A stretch of DNA of 64,000 bases from Octopus vulgaris (lineage: Eukaryota), in NCBI GenBank assembly GCA_951406725.2, contig OX597831.1, forward strand, positions 40,052,001 through 40,116,000. The letters run 5' to 3'. The position numbers were made by a program, and so were the translations under genes. Of the stretch, positions 13,409 to 26,760 are shown piece after piece. Within the stretch, counting starts at the first letter, position 1. Every line of letters starts with the position of its first letter. The notes under the pieces are model-generated. The model did not search any database, was not told where the DNA came from, and saw only the letters and a program-made list of their open reading frames with translations.

Positions 13409-13620
13409 GAGCAGGGCAGTAGTAAGAAACTAAAATGACAAAAGGAATAAGTGATTATGTTATGAACTTGTTGTTCGAAGCTCTGATGAAGCTATAAGGT
13501 AATATACAAGCATTCAAGTAAGAGTGTATTGCATGTTATAGCTGAAACGACTGTAAACTAATGAAGTTCATTACATAATTGTTTATTCCTTTGTCATTTT
13601 ACTTATTACTGCTCTGTACT
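13409..13620 (+). mobile_element. Penelope-like element fragment with hammerhead motif (13479-13559) and inverted terminal duplication
   Basis: AGCT-CTGATGA-AGCTATAA...TTATAGCT-GAAAC-GACT-GTA-AACT. 13409-13470 is an imperfect reverse complement of 13565-13620. Confidence 0.65.
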
Positions 13621-13919
13621 CAACTGACGCTTTATGCTGAAGCATGTGTATATGGAGTTCCAACACCAGGTTATCAGCATCACTGTACCTAACTGAAATA
13701 ATAATAATAATAATCCTTTCTACTAAAGGTACAAGGCCTGAAATTTTGGGGGCAAGGGACTAGTTGATTACACTGACCCCAGTGTTCATCTGGTACTTAA
13801 TTTATCAACCCCGAAAGGCTGACAGGCAAAGTCAACCACAGTGCAAAGTCGAACGAAATACCGCTTAGGCATTTTGTTTGGCGTGCTAATGGTTCTACCA
13901 GCTTTCTGCCTTAATAATA

Positions 13920-14484
13920 TTGGGTTGTCCGGAAAGTTTGTGCCCATTTTTAGAGGAAAGAAAAAGGTCAATAAATACTTGCCATTACATTTTTAATCAA
14001 CCAAATATGAACCGTTTTGTTGCACAATGTGTCTCCATTTTCCTTTAACTTGAAAATACCTTCTTCCCAGAATTGAAGTGGTTTCATAGCAGAGAATTCA
14101 TCAAGGTATCTTTTTATTTCATCCAAGGAATTGAAATTTTTACCATTAAGACTATTCGGCAGAGACCTGAATAAGTGGAAATCCAAAGGAGCAATATCTG
14201 GTGAATATGGAGGGTGGGGTAACACATCCCAGCCGAGCTGCAGCAATTTTTGTCTGCTTCCCAAAGCATCAAGTGCTGAAAATGAACTTTCTTATCTTCC
14301 ATTTTAAATGGTTACAGAATTAACACATGTTGTAGGAACATAAACCTTCTTCCACGGAAATATAGCTGAAACTGTGCTCTAAATAGAGATGTAGTCAAAT
14401 CCTGTTTTATGGACTCAATCATGTTCTAAAATAAGCCAAAAAGTAAGCTGCTATAAATCGGCACAAACTTACCGGACAACCTAA
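13920..14484 (-). mobile_element. Internally deleted mariner transposon
   Basis: TA TSDs. TIRs TTGGGTTGTCCGGAAAGTTTGTGCC and GGCACAAACTTACCGGACAACCTAA. Transposase remnant LGWDVLPHPPYSPDIAPLDFHLF. Confidence 0.92.
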
Positions 14485-15670
14485 TAATGATAATAATAAT
14501 AATAATAATAACATATACATATTGACATCTAGATATTGTAACAGTGAGATCTGAAAAGGAAAGAAAAGAAAAAGAAAAGATGCCAGAATAACTTAAATAT
14601 TTATTGGTAAAATAAGTTACAAAATAATGAATTGGAATACTATTTTTAATTTATCTTCACTCTGTGAACTCTTTTAAAATTAAAATTGCCATTACAATGT
14701 TTGAGTGCATATGTGTGTACATATATACAGACACACACACACATATGAATTAAAGGAAGACGAAGACAAAAACCATAGCAGGACAAGCTTATCAGATCGT
14801 TTAAAATATTTTAATTAATGTAATTAATGTTCCTTACTTTGATTCACCTTTACATTGATTATATTAATGAAAGTATCTTAATTGATCTGATACGCTTGTC
14901 TTGCTTTCATTTTGTCTTCCTTCTCCTTTAATGTATATCCGCTGACTCCGAAGTCTGCTACTGATCACCAGCACCAAGTCGTGAACTTGGATCCTAACAG
15001 ATTACCAATTACAGCACTATGCCGTGTACTATTAGTTTTGGATCATCGGTAACCTAAGCCTTACCTTTTCTGTTATATATATATATATATATATATTAAT
15101 GATAATATTAATATGATAACAAAAGAATGAATGAGGCCTCAATATTATATAAATAGAGGAATTTATTTATAAATATATAATATAGGGCAATCAATTAGTT
15201 GTCATAATAATACTGGGCCAAAGCAGGATTTATATTTCACCAAAGTACAAGTGCCCATGTGCTTGTGTGGCAGGCATACACTTGCACACTCACACATGCA
15301 TGCACAATTAACAACAGAGGAAGAAAAGGTATCTTGCTTCAGGCATCTTCTGGACATGGTTATTTTAGATCAAAGATGGTGGATATTCTAGTACTTGGGA
15401 GGATGCCAGTATGGAATGGTAAATATGGGTGTGTATATGTGCATGTGTGTGTTTATGGCAGTGGTTTGGTACATGTTATCAGTCCAGCTCTAGCAGATTT
15501 ATAATACAGAGCTGGCCAACTCAGCTCTGTAAATATGCAAGTGTGTGTGTGTGTGTTTGTGTGTTCAGTAGCTGTGGTCAGCCCAACTTTCATAAATATG
15601 TTGTGCATGTGTGTATGTATGCAATACACATATATATACACATATGCACATGCATGCACAGACACATGTC

Positions 15671-15716
<46 letters not shown>

Positions 15717-15743
15717 CTTTATTTAAAGCAGCAGAAAATTCAA

Positions 15744-15793
15744 CAAAACCTGTTACTCTGAGTTTCCCGTTGCCGTTCGTCGGACAGTTTTTG
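15744..15793 (-). ncRNA. Hammerhead-like motif with variant core
   Basis: Minus strand CAAAAACTGT-CCGACGA-ACGGCAACGG-GAAAC-TCAGA-GTA-ACAGGTTTTG. Confidence 0.5.
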
Positions 15794-16333
15794 CTAGATT
15801 TGAACTGATATGTGAATTCTATCCAGACTATTACAAACGCTACACCTTTAAAAAATGGACTTGTTTGATTGGCCCTTTAGAAAAGCATATTACTCTACCA
15901 CTGGTATTTGAGTACTCTTTTTTCCACCTTGTTTCACATTTATGTGTTTACTCCAGTATATATATATATATATATACTTCAATTAGGTGTTGTGCTTACC
16001 TCATGAAGGGATGGTTTTATCCAAGGAAATACTGGTTTGATACCTAGTATTTTAGGGGAATTAATTTCCTTTTAAAATATAGGTGTATATATATAAAAAC
16101 ATAGTTTAAGCACATATAAGACGTCCAAGGATATATTGTTTTCCTCTCTGAAGATATGCTCAAGTCATATAGATTTAATATTTACTGAGTGTTAATTGAA
16201 ACAGCTCTAAGTGAAGATGATTAATTTGCTGTTAATAATAATTAATTATTAACTTCCCAATCTCCATTTCCTTTTTCTTCATATATAATATTAATGTAAA
16301 CAGCAGGTTGCAATGTTTTACCAAATATAAGAC

Positions 16334-16970
16334 CTCACTGAGGCAATGACTAGTGACCGAGACCTTTGGAAATATGCTGTGCTTGAGAAGACCCGGCAAG
16401 CCAAGTGAGACCATAACCCGTGGCCTATGCCGGGCATGTGTAACGAGCCCACTTATGCGTACCTTTCCTTCATTTGACACTAAACTCTGCTTGCGAAGAC
16501 CTGTTGAAGCAAGTGAAATCAAAATCAAATTCAATGACAGCACCGCATGATTGACATCAGTGCTAGTGGAGCGTGATCGTTGCCAGGGCTGCTGACTGGC
16601 TCCTGTGCCAGTGGCATGTAAAAAAGCACCGTTCGAGTGTGATCATTACCAGCATCGCCTTACTGGCACATGAAAAGCAACATTTGGGCAAGGTCGTTGC
16701 CAGTGCTGCTGGACTAGCTCCTGTGCAGGTGGCACGTAAAAAACACTATTTGAGCGTGGCCGTTACCAGTACTGCCTGACTGGCCCTCATGCCAGTGGCA
16801 CATAAAAGCACCCACTAGACTCAGAGAGTGGTTGGCATTAGGAAGGGCATCCAGCTGTAGAAACTCTGCCAGATCAGATTAGAGCCTGGTGCAGCCATCT
16901 GGCTCACCAGTCTTTAATCAAACCGTCCAACCCATGCCAGCATGCAAAATGGACGTTAAACGTTGATGAT
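16334..16970 (+). mobile_element. 5'-truncated RTE-clade LINE: ORF end plus long 3' UTR (source of family C)
   Basis: 16334-16408 reads LTEAMTSDRDLWKYAVLEKTRQAK*, an RTE-type DRxxW terminus. Followed by ~65 bp units and a GGACGTTAAAC..GATGAT tail. Confidence 0.7.
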
Positions 16971-17265
16971 ATATATATATATATATTGTTCCAGCATGGA
17001 AGACATTAATTGATGATTATATGTATGCATGTATATATTACATATATATATAATATTAATTCGAGACAAAACCACTATTTTGCAAATCAAACAAGGAAAG
17101 ACTTAATCAATACATAAAAAATTTTAATATAATATAATATATTATTATTATATATTATTATATGTTATATATTATTATATAATATTTTACTATAAAATTG
17201 GATTTAATCCTAAATCTGATTTTTTCCCTGTAAATTTGGATTTATTCCCTAATATTTATTATTAC

Positions 17266-17296
<31 letters not shown>

Positions 17297-17499
17297 TAGA
17301 AGTGGTGTTTGTAGATATTGAATATTGAGAAAAGAGAAGGTCAGCAGAATTTTGGGAAAAGAAGTTTTTTACTTAGTCAGCACTTTCGTTCATCTTCGAT
17401 TGTCAAATATAATTTATTTGACAAGTTTGAAGATGAACAAAAGCAAATAATAATACTGTCTAAATATAAAATTCTTTTTCCAAACTTCTGACAACCTCC

Positions 17500-17549
<50 letters not shown>

Positions 17550-17560
<11 letters not shown>

Positions 17561-17705
17561 GTAAGTAGCTTGTTTACCAGCCACATGGTTCCGGGTTCAG
17601 TCCCACTGCGTGGCACCTTGGCCAAGTGTCTTCTACTATAGCCTCGGGCCGACCAAAGCCTTGTGAGTGGATTTGGTAGACGGAAACTGGAAGAAGCCCG
17701 TCGTA

Positions 17706-17757
<52 letters not shown>

Positions 17758-17970
17758 TGTTTGTGTGAGTGTGTTTGTCCCCCCTAGCATTGCTTGACAA
17801 CCGATGCGGGTGTGTTTATGTCCCCGTCACTTAGCGGTTCGGCAAAAGAGACCGATAGAATAAGTACTGGGCTTACAAAGAATAAGTCCCGGGGTCGATT
17901 TGCTCGACTAAAGGCGGTGCTCCAGCATGGCCGCAGTCAAATGACTGAAACAAGTAAAAGAGTAAAGAGT
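17550..17970 (+). mobile_element. SINE family A copy, near consensus
   Basis: Colinear with 158-592 and 29550-29949. Confidence 0.88.
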
Positions 17971-18647
17971 AATATATGCACCTATGTGTGTGTGTCTGTT
18001 TTGTCCACCTCCACTGACTAGCAACTGGTATTGGTGTGTTAATGTCCCCATAAATTAGCAGTCCAGCAAAAGAGACTGATAGAATAAATACCAGGCATGA
18101 ATATTGTGGTCGATTCATTTGACTAACAAAATTTTTCACGCTGATGCTCCAGCATGGCTGCAGTCTGATGATTGAAACAAGCTAAAGATTAAAGATATGT
18201 GTTATCTAAGAATCTTGCATGTGTTTCTATAGATATGAAGCAATCATTTCATTCAACCATTCTTGACAAACTAAGTGGGTTTTTTTTTTTGTTCTTTATT
18301 CATTGTTTTTATTTTTGTCTTTTATTTATTCTCATTTTTATTCTTTAGGATTTTTTTCTTCTCTTTTTTGCTTTTCTATGACATTTCTTTCTTTCATAAA
18401 TAAGGATCTAATTGAGTATTGCACGCAAATATAGGAAATATTTTTCTCCCTGGGTTTTCCATCTATATATGTTTGTTTATTTATACATTTACACACAGAC
18501 AAAAACACACACATACACACCAAGTATATGATCATACACTCACACACATGCATATATGTGCATATATACACACACTCTCATATACACGAACAAATACATT
18601 TGAGCATAATCTTGACTAAAGATATGTATAATTCAATGTACTTGCTC

Positions 18648-18686
<39 letters not shown>

Positions 18687-19023
18687 CAAGTACATGTGTG
18701 TGTTTATATTTTACATATATTTCTCTGTTAAAGTCAATCATCACACACACACGCACCCTATACCCATGAAAATTTATAGGGGCTATTTCTTGACTCCTTT
18801 CACCCAGTTTTCATCTCTTGCATTTCTTTCTGTCATTTTGCTTCCCTTTTTATCCTCCGATTCCCATCGAATACTCACTTTTTCCCATCTTTCTTTACTT
18901 TCACTATTGTGTGTGTGTGTGTGTGCACGTGTGTATCTGTCTGTTTATGTCTCCTTGGCAAGTGTCACTGTCGTAGGAGCCATGTCACTCATTTCCAGTA
19001 TAAATTGTGAAAGCACATCTGCT

Positions 19024-19410
19024 CATCATCATCATCGTTTAACATCTGCTTTCCATGCTGGCATGGGTTGGATAGTTTGACTGCGGACTGGTGAGCCAGA
19101 GGCTGCACCAGGCTCCAGTCTGATCTGGCAAAGTTTCTACAGCTGGATGCCCTTCCTAACGCCAACTACTCAGAGAGTGTAGTGGGTGCTTTTACATGAC
19201 ACTGGCATGAGGGACAGTCAGGCAGTTCTGACAACGACCACTCTCAAAAGGTGTTTTTTATGTGCCACCAACACATGTGCTGGTAGGGTGACTCTGGCAA
19301 CAATCACGGTCAAATGGTGCCTTTCACGTGCCGCTGGCACGGGAGCCAATCTGTGGCCCTTGCAGTGATCACACTTGGGTGTACTTTTAACGTTCCAGTG
19401 GCACAAGTGC
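19024..19410 (-). mobile_element. RTE 3' UTR element (family C)
   Basis: Reverse complement of family C, with (CAT)n tail. Confidence 0.75.
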
Positions 19411-19778
19411 CAGTCATGGGCAAATGTTACCCCTACTTGAAAACAGGTGAGGGTTGGCAACAGAAAGGCATCCAGCCATGTACGTTGCCTCGATGAACTT
19501 TGTCCAACCCAGGAAGCATGGAAAATTGGACGTTTAAAGGAATGATATATGTGTGCATGCATCATTCAGACGCATTTGTATTTTACTCTCTGTCAGTTTC
19601 TTTTTTCTCCTCCTCTGCCTTTCCTGTAGAAGAGCATAGGCTCAAAACATTAAAGACTTCATTCAATTTCCCTGACCGTCAAATGATATATCTTCTTTGT
19701 TGTTGTCTTACATTGTCTTTGTGTTTTTTGTTTTTTGTTTTTTTTTTTTTCAGGTTATATATATGCTTTTACACACAC

Positions 19779-19838
<60 letters not shown>

Positions 19839-20091
19839 TGTATGTCTGTGTAATTCTTTATACAAAAATGTTATTAGCAGTGGCTTTGAAGTTTCAACCA
19901 GTTAAGTGATCATTGGATGCAGTTTGATAATGGCTTAACTGGCTGTAACTTTGAAGTCATTGTCAAGAATATTTTTCTTCAAGAATAATAAATTTGTACT
20001 CTACAAAAGTATAGAATAACCATCGGAATAATGTGAAATTGTTTTTATTATAACTGAACATAAAAAACAAAAAGCAGCACCATATTATAGG

Positions 20092-20830
20092 TACAGGCGT
20101 GACTGTGTGGTAAGAAGCTTGCTTCCCAACCACATGGTTCCAGGTTCAGTCCCACTGCGTGGCACCTTGGGCAAGTGTCTTCTACTATAGCCTCGGGCTG
20201 ACCAAAGCCTTGTGAGTGGATTTTGTAGACAGAAACTGCAAGAAGCCTGTCGTGTGTGTATGTGTGTGTGTATATATATATATATACATATATCGGGACC
20301 TCCTTCGCTCACGACATTGACCAATGGGATTGCACCTAGAAAGTTACCCTCCTAATCACAAGTCTGGACAAGGTGGTTTATGGAAGACCAGCAGTTGCCC
20401 ATGCATACCGGCCTCCCCTCTCCACGCCACCAGTGTTATCCAAGGGAAGGGCCGCAGCCGATACAGCTTGGCACCCGTGACATCGCAACTCATTTCTACA
20501 GCTGAGTTAACTGGAGCAATGTGAAATAATGTGTCTTGCTCAAGAACACAGCACGCAGCCCGGTCCGGGATTTGAGCTCACAACCTCACGAACGTAAGCT
20601 TAACGCTCTAACCACTGAGCCATGCGCCTTCACTATATATATATATATATTTGCGTGTGTGTCCCCGTCATCACTTGACAATCAATGTTGGTGTGTTTAT
20701 GTCCCTGTTTATCAGTGTCTTTTGCCAAACTGCTAAGTACTCGGCTTACAAAGAATAAGTTCTAAGGTCGATTCCTTCTGCCTACACTCTTTAAGGCTGC
20801 AGTCAAATGACTGAAACAACTAAAACAATA
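20092..20830 (+). mobile_element. SINE family A copy interrupted in its internal microsatellite by a family D2 SINE
   Basis: Head at 20092-20250, degenerate tail at about 20650-20830. Confidence 0.7.
20295..20633 (-). mobile_element. tRNA/CORE-type SINE, family D2, nested
   Basis: Minus strand GTGAAGGCGCATGGCTCAGTGGTTAGAGCG...GTTCTTGAGCAAGACAC. Confidence 0.8.
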
Positions 20831-20945
20831 AAAGAAAAAATATATTTTTCCTGAGCACCAAACTAAAACTCCTGCTTGTTCTTTCACCTGTCTCTGTCTT
20901 TTGTTTTCTATATATGTGAACCATATCTATCTATCTATCTATCTA

Positions 20946-21006
<61 letters not shown>

Positions 21007-21007
<1 letters not shown>

Positions 21008-21437
21008 GCATTTCTAAATCTCATAGAGAGACTTATGCAGTAGTGATACGATAAAGTAGTTGTATGCTGTCAACTTAATGTGACAGTCCCATGAAGGGAA
21101 TAATAGTACTGCTATTTAGCCCTAGGAAGCAGCTATGCTTCCTGTCAGCCTTGACACATTTCCTGTGTCCTTATGTTTGCAAGGGCGAGATAAGCACCTC
21201 CACCCAGCTAAGCCTGCACTCAGAGACTAGTTTCTGAGTCTTTGCTTGTCTTCAGTCTGGAGTACCATGGCTTGCTAGTTAGAGATGCCTATCTAGCCCT
21301 TGTAAACATATAATAATTCTAGTGAAATACATTCACTGATTTCAAAAATAGAAATAATACATTTCTAAATCTCTCAGAGAGATTTATGCAGTAGTGATAC
21401 GATTAAGTAGTTGCATGCTGTCAACTTAATGTGACAG
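21007..21437 (-). mobile_element. Hammerhead-containing ~350 bp unit with ~80 bp terminal direct repeat (retrozyme or non-autonomous Penelope-like)
   Basis: 21007-21087 is repeated at 21357-21437. Minus strand hammerhead motif at 21217-21264. Flanked by (TA)n. Confidence 0.65.
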
Positions 21438-21446
21438 CATACAGCT

Positions 21447-21495
<49 letters not shown>

Positions 21496-21540
21496 GTATG
21501 TATCTGAGTTTGAATGGTTGTGTATAGAACAATATCTTAA

Positions 21541-21767
21541 TCTGATTTTCACATTTTATTATTTACAGTTTTACGATAAATTAGTACTTACATGCGTTAT
21601 GCAATCATCAGGTTTATGTCGTGACTGCCATGTTCCACAATTGACAACTGTGTGAATTGTGGAACACCACTGTCGCTATATAAACCTAATGATTGCTTAT
21701 TGCATAAAAGTACTACTTTATTGTAAAATTGTAAAAATTGAAAAATATAAAAACATGAAAATCTGAC
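21541..21767. mobile_element. ~225 bp imperfect palindrome (foldback MITE-like)
   Basis: Nested paired arms TGTTCCACAATT/AATTGTGGAACA, GCAATCATCAGGTTTAT/ATAAACCTAATGATTGC, TAGTACTT/AAGTACTA. Confidence 0.7.
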
Positions 21768-21951
21768 TGTTGGAATTTCTTTGATTAATATGTGTGTGTG
21801 TGTGTGTTTGTACGTAATCCTGTGTGTATGTCTTAAGTGTTACTTGAAAAATATAAAAACATGAAAATCTGACTGTTGGAATTTCTTTGATTAATATGTG
21901 TGTGTGTGTGTGTTTGTACGTAATCCTGTGTGTATGTCTTAAGTGTTACTT
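21740..21951. repeat. Near-perfect tandem duplication of ~106 bp
   Basis: GAAAAATATAAAAACATG...AAGTGTTACTT occurs twice, head-to-tail. Confidence 0.9.
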
Positions 21952-22883
21952 TTTGTGCTGAGCTTAGCTATGGTCTGTGTCATTTGTTTACTGGTATTTC
22001 CCTCTAGAGAAATGGGCAGTGAAGAATGAATGACTGCCTTACTTGAGAACCAGGTCAGGTTTAGCAGCAGGAAAGGCATCCAACTGTAAAAACAATGCTT
22101 CAGTTATATGTATTCATCTAACCCAAGCTAGCGTTGGGGAATTGGATGTGACAAGAAGAAAAAAGCACAAAAGAAAAAAATCGAAAGCGAATGACCGAAC
22201 AATGAACACTTTAAAATTGGCAATTTTTGTATCAAAGAACCAGTTTCAGGAAGGCTGGCATCAATAGGGTTAAAGTGGTTATACTTTTTAGCACAAAGTC
22301 AATTATTTTTCAATAGAGGGGAAAGAGACGCCATTGAGGTTATAGGAATTTCTGCTCTTGATATTTCCTGCTATGCAAAAATAGAAAAATAAAACGAAAT
22401 AATAGCAATAATAATAATAATGATGATAATAATAATAATAATAGCAATAATAATAATGATAATGTGCAAAGAAATGCAAAGAAATTAAAAATTCTTTTAA
22501 AAAATCTTTGTGGATAAACATGAAACATGCAGAAGTGGAGGAGGAAATGGTGGTTTCTTTGTAGTTTTTGAGACATGTAGTAGTAGTAGTCTTATTAAGA
22601 ATTCTTCCAATATACATGTATTAAGTGGGAGTTCTTGTGTGTGTGTGTGTGTGTGTATGTGAAGCATAATTTAGTATATACGCTCTGGTAAAAAATATAT
22701 ATATATATATGAAAGTGTGTTATTTGTGTGACTGTATAAGCTATGTGCAACATGGATACATTTGTGTATATAATATATGGCATGTTTCTATACATACATA
22801 CATATATGTATGCAAGTTTCGATATATGCTCCGTTTCTCTTTTTTTCTAATTCTCATGCATAATGAGTATGCATGTATATATA

Positions 22884-22935
<52 letters not shown>

Positions 22936-23766
22936 AATTTGTGTTTATACATCTGTCTGTGTATCTCTCTCTATATATATATATGTGTGTGTGTATATAA
23001 ATATATATATGTGCATGCATGCATGTATACATACATACATACACTCATACATGCATGTTTGTATACATGCGTAATTCTCACATAGGAATTAGAGAAGGAG
23101 AAATATTCAAAGACTGGAATTTTAAGACATTTTTGCATTTTATTTATTCATTATGTATATATAGAAACATACATATATTTACACATACACACACACACAC
23201 ACATATATAAATATATACACATACATACATCTATTTCCACGCATCCATACAGTTTTCAGTAGATTGCGTCTCCAATCGAGTTTGCAGTTCCTCGAGGTCT
23301 CTACTATAAATCTTAATGTGTTTGGCGAAGAGCTCTTGCTTTCATTTCTTCACACATGACATGCAAACGAATCCATAGAAATCTAACGCTATCAGGCTCA
23401 AGTCGCACATGCAACTGGACACAAGCGGGCACAGTCCAACCGCATTAGTATCAGGTGAACAGAGCCTCTATACAGTCCACTAACCACATACAAATTATCT
23501 CATCGCCTGCCACATGCCGGAACCCCTTCCCCTTGATCGAAGTGACCCCGTGTTTGTGTATTTTGCATCGTCTTTCAGATCTGTTGAAATGGGTACTTTA
23601 GTTCTGTGGTTAGGCAAACCGTTTCTAAACTGTTGGGAATCAATGATATTAATCAGAATAGAATAGCTTTTATTCTTTTTTTTTTGTCATATTCATGAGT
23701 ACTGCATATGTGTGTGTATGGAAATATGTGAGTTTATTTATCTCTTTCTCTCTCTCTCTCTCTCTC

Positions 23767-23806
<40 letters not shown>

Positions 23807-26710
23807 GGTGTATGTAATATGCGTTTGTGTTGCATGGAAATATGTACAGGTATGTATGTGTATATGTGCAAAAATATATGCGCATTTGGATATATGCATA
23901 TGTGTAAACACATGCACATTGTTTACTCATGTATAGTCAGGAGTGAATGTCATCTTTGTACTCAGCCAGTTGCATATATCAGTGACCAGCATATATGCTC
24001 ATCTTTGCTCACACATGCATATATAAAAGCAAGCATTGTATTTACGCAATGGTTTTGTCTCTTTGCACATATATATATGTCACATGTAAATGTGTGTGTA
24101 TGTATATATATATATATATATACATACACACACACACATATATACATATGCATACCTACATGTACACGTAGGTGTATATGTGCGAGTATATATATGCTGC
24201 CATGCATGCAAATAGTTATATGCTTGTAAACTCTCTTTTTAACCCATAACGTGCATACATAAGCACGTGCAGATACATTAACACACACACACGTCTTGTT
24301 AGCTTGACAGATTCCTACACCCACACACATACACGCCCACATACATACACACCCACACCTACACACCCACACACATACACACCCACACACATGCACACTT
24401 TTTACCATCAAGATCATTCACATATTTGCAAGATATATGCACAAATACACATACTTATACATGTGTGTAATATACATATATATATATATGTATGTATGTA
24501 TGTATGTGTATATATATATGTATGTATGTATATATATATATATACACACATACATATACATGTGTGTATGACTTTGACATACGTGCATGCTTACACCTGA
24601 ACACACACAGCTCTCATAAAGAATCAAGTGTTTAAATGTATATAATTTCACTTCACCCCTTTCCTACCCCTCTCTTTCACTCTCTCTCTCTTTTCTTTGC
24701 TCCTTGTTAGCTTCCACCTCCCCCTCCCACTACCACCTCCACTGCGCATTCCCTCTCCCCTATCATCTAATCAAGCCATAAATCTTATTTTATCAGGTAA
24801 AATTGTTTCCTTCTGTTTCTATTTCAATAACAAAAATAATGGTGATGATGATGATGATAATAATAATAACAATAATAATAATAATAATCATCATCGTGGT
24901 CGGCTTCATCAGCGGCATCATCATCTTCATCATGGTGGTGGTGGTGGTGGTGGTGGTGGTGGTGGTGGTGGTAGTGGTGGAGCAGGAGGAGGTAGTGATG
25001 GAGCAAGAGGAGGTGTATTGACAGAATCATGATCAGGGCTTCAGGGAAAAAAAATGCCATCTTTGGTATTTGTTGCAGCTTTTCACTTCCTGAGTTCATA
25101 TCATTCTTGTTGTTTCATCTCTCTGGAGATTGTGGTGGTGGTGGGGGGAGCATAAAAAGAATGTACCAGTCAGGTATTGGCGGCAGGATTGGGGGCTCTC
25201 AGCTTGTTATCTTCCCCCAAAACTAAATTATTACTCTTGATGGAACACACTGACTTAAGGAAATTGCAACTGTCCCCTTCATTCCTCCGTGAAATAGTGT
25301 GTGTGTGTGTGTGTGAAGCAGGCTTCTTTTCTATATCAAAGACAGTCTTCCGATTTACTTCACCATTCTTTTTTTTCTTTCTTTTTTTTTTTTGCTCTCT
25401 CGGTGACCCTGCCAGTGCTGGTGCCATCTAGCCATAAAAACCATGCCAAAACTGACCTCTCCCATGCTGGTGTTAAGAAGGGCATCCAGTCCTAGAAAAC
25501 CATGCCAAAACAGACACAGTTACCTAGTGTAGTCCTCTACCTGGTCAGCTCCTCTCAAATTGTCCATACCAGCATGGAAGGCTGGCGTTAAACAATGACG
25601 ATGATTGCAAATAATGTCTACTGCTTTTCAACTTTCATTTGTTTGTCAGTTTCTCCTGGGGACAACATAGATTCATGTGCTATTTCTGCAGCTTTGACCA
25701 GCAGTGCTTTTGAAACAGCAACCTCCAGAGCTTGCTGTTGTTGTTGTTATTGCTAGTTCTGTTGTAGCCTTTTCCTCCTCCTTTGCAGTTCCTTAGGGGC
25801 AATAAGCTGATAACCCGTTAGCATTCAGATTACTCTGTCAAATGTCATAGCTAATTATATCGCTGACTGCAAAAGGGTTAGGGCACACAAACTAGGTTGA
25901 TACTCCCAAATATTCAGCAGCTGTTTATGAATATCACTTCAGCTTGAGCCTCCTTCAAAAATTTTTTTGAGGGCAATGAAAATCATTTCTTTCTCCATTT
26001 GCAAAGCAGAGCTAAGCTGCTTACTTCTCACACTTCTAATTAAGAATCTCGGGTATAGAAGCATTTGTTTTGGTTACATATCCTTGCCAAAATGACCTTT
26101 CTTTCCTCAAGTTTTATTGCCTCTGTTAGGAATTTTTGGTTTCTTTTTTCTTTTTAAAATTCTGGTGATGAAATTTCAACAGAGTATTTGTGTATGTGTG
26201 TCACCAAATATCTGTGTTATCCTGTTTGCAAATCTCTTTTTGTTTTTTTGATATTTACTATCTTAGTCACTGTTTGAAATGCCTAGTGGTGAAAAAATAG
26301 TTTATATTGGATTTGTTTTTCAAATATGTAAGAAAAAAGCAGCTGTAGAAACCCTATCGCTCTAAACATACTTCATACTAATAAAAAAATAATCTGTTTA
26401 GCTGAGAATGTAATCTGATAATTTTTTTTAAATCACATAATCCACAAAAAAAAAAACACAGCTTCCTCAGGTAACTCCAAATAATGATGATAATAATAAT
26501 AATAATAATAATGGTTTCAAATTTTGGCACAAGGCCAGCAATTTCAGGGGTGGGGTATGTCAATTACATTGATCCCAGTGTTGAACTGGTACATATTTTA
26601 TCGCCCCTCCAAAAAAGGTAGTCAACTTCAGTGGAAATTGACCTCAGAACATAAACACAGATGAAACCCATTTTGCCTGGCACAGTAACAATTCTGCAAG
26701 TTCACCACGG

Positions 26711-26751
<41 letters not shown>

Positions 26752-26760
26752 GTAATTATA

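Noticed and set aside
15001-15048. Possible 48 nt frame-preserving exon (ITNYSTMPCTISFGSS)
   Set aside because: Weak acceptor, no GH47 similarity, and it would interrupt the catalytic barrel.
24697-25032. Gly/His/Asn-rich ORF resembling a transcription factor
   Set aside because: It is a concatenation of trinucleotide microsatellites with no domain or splice support.
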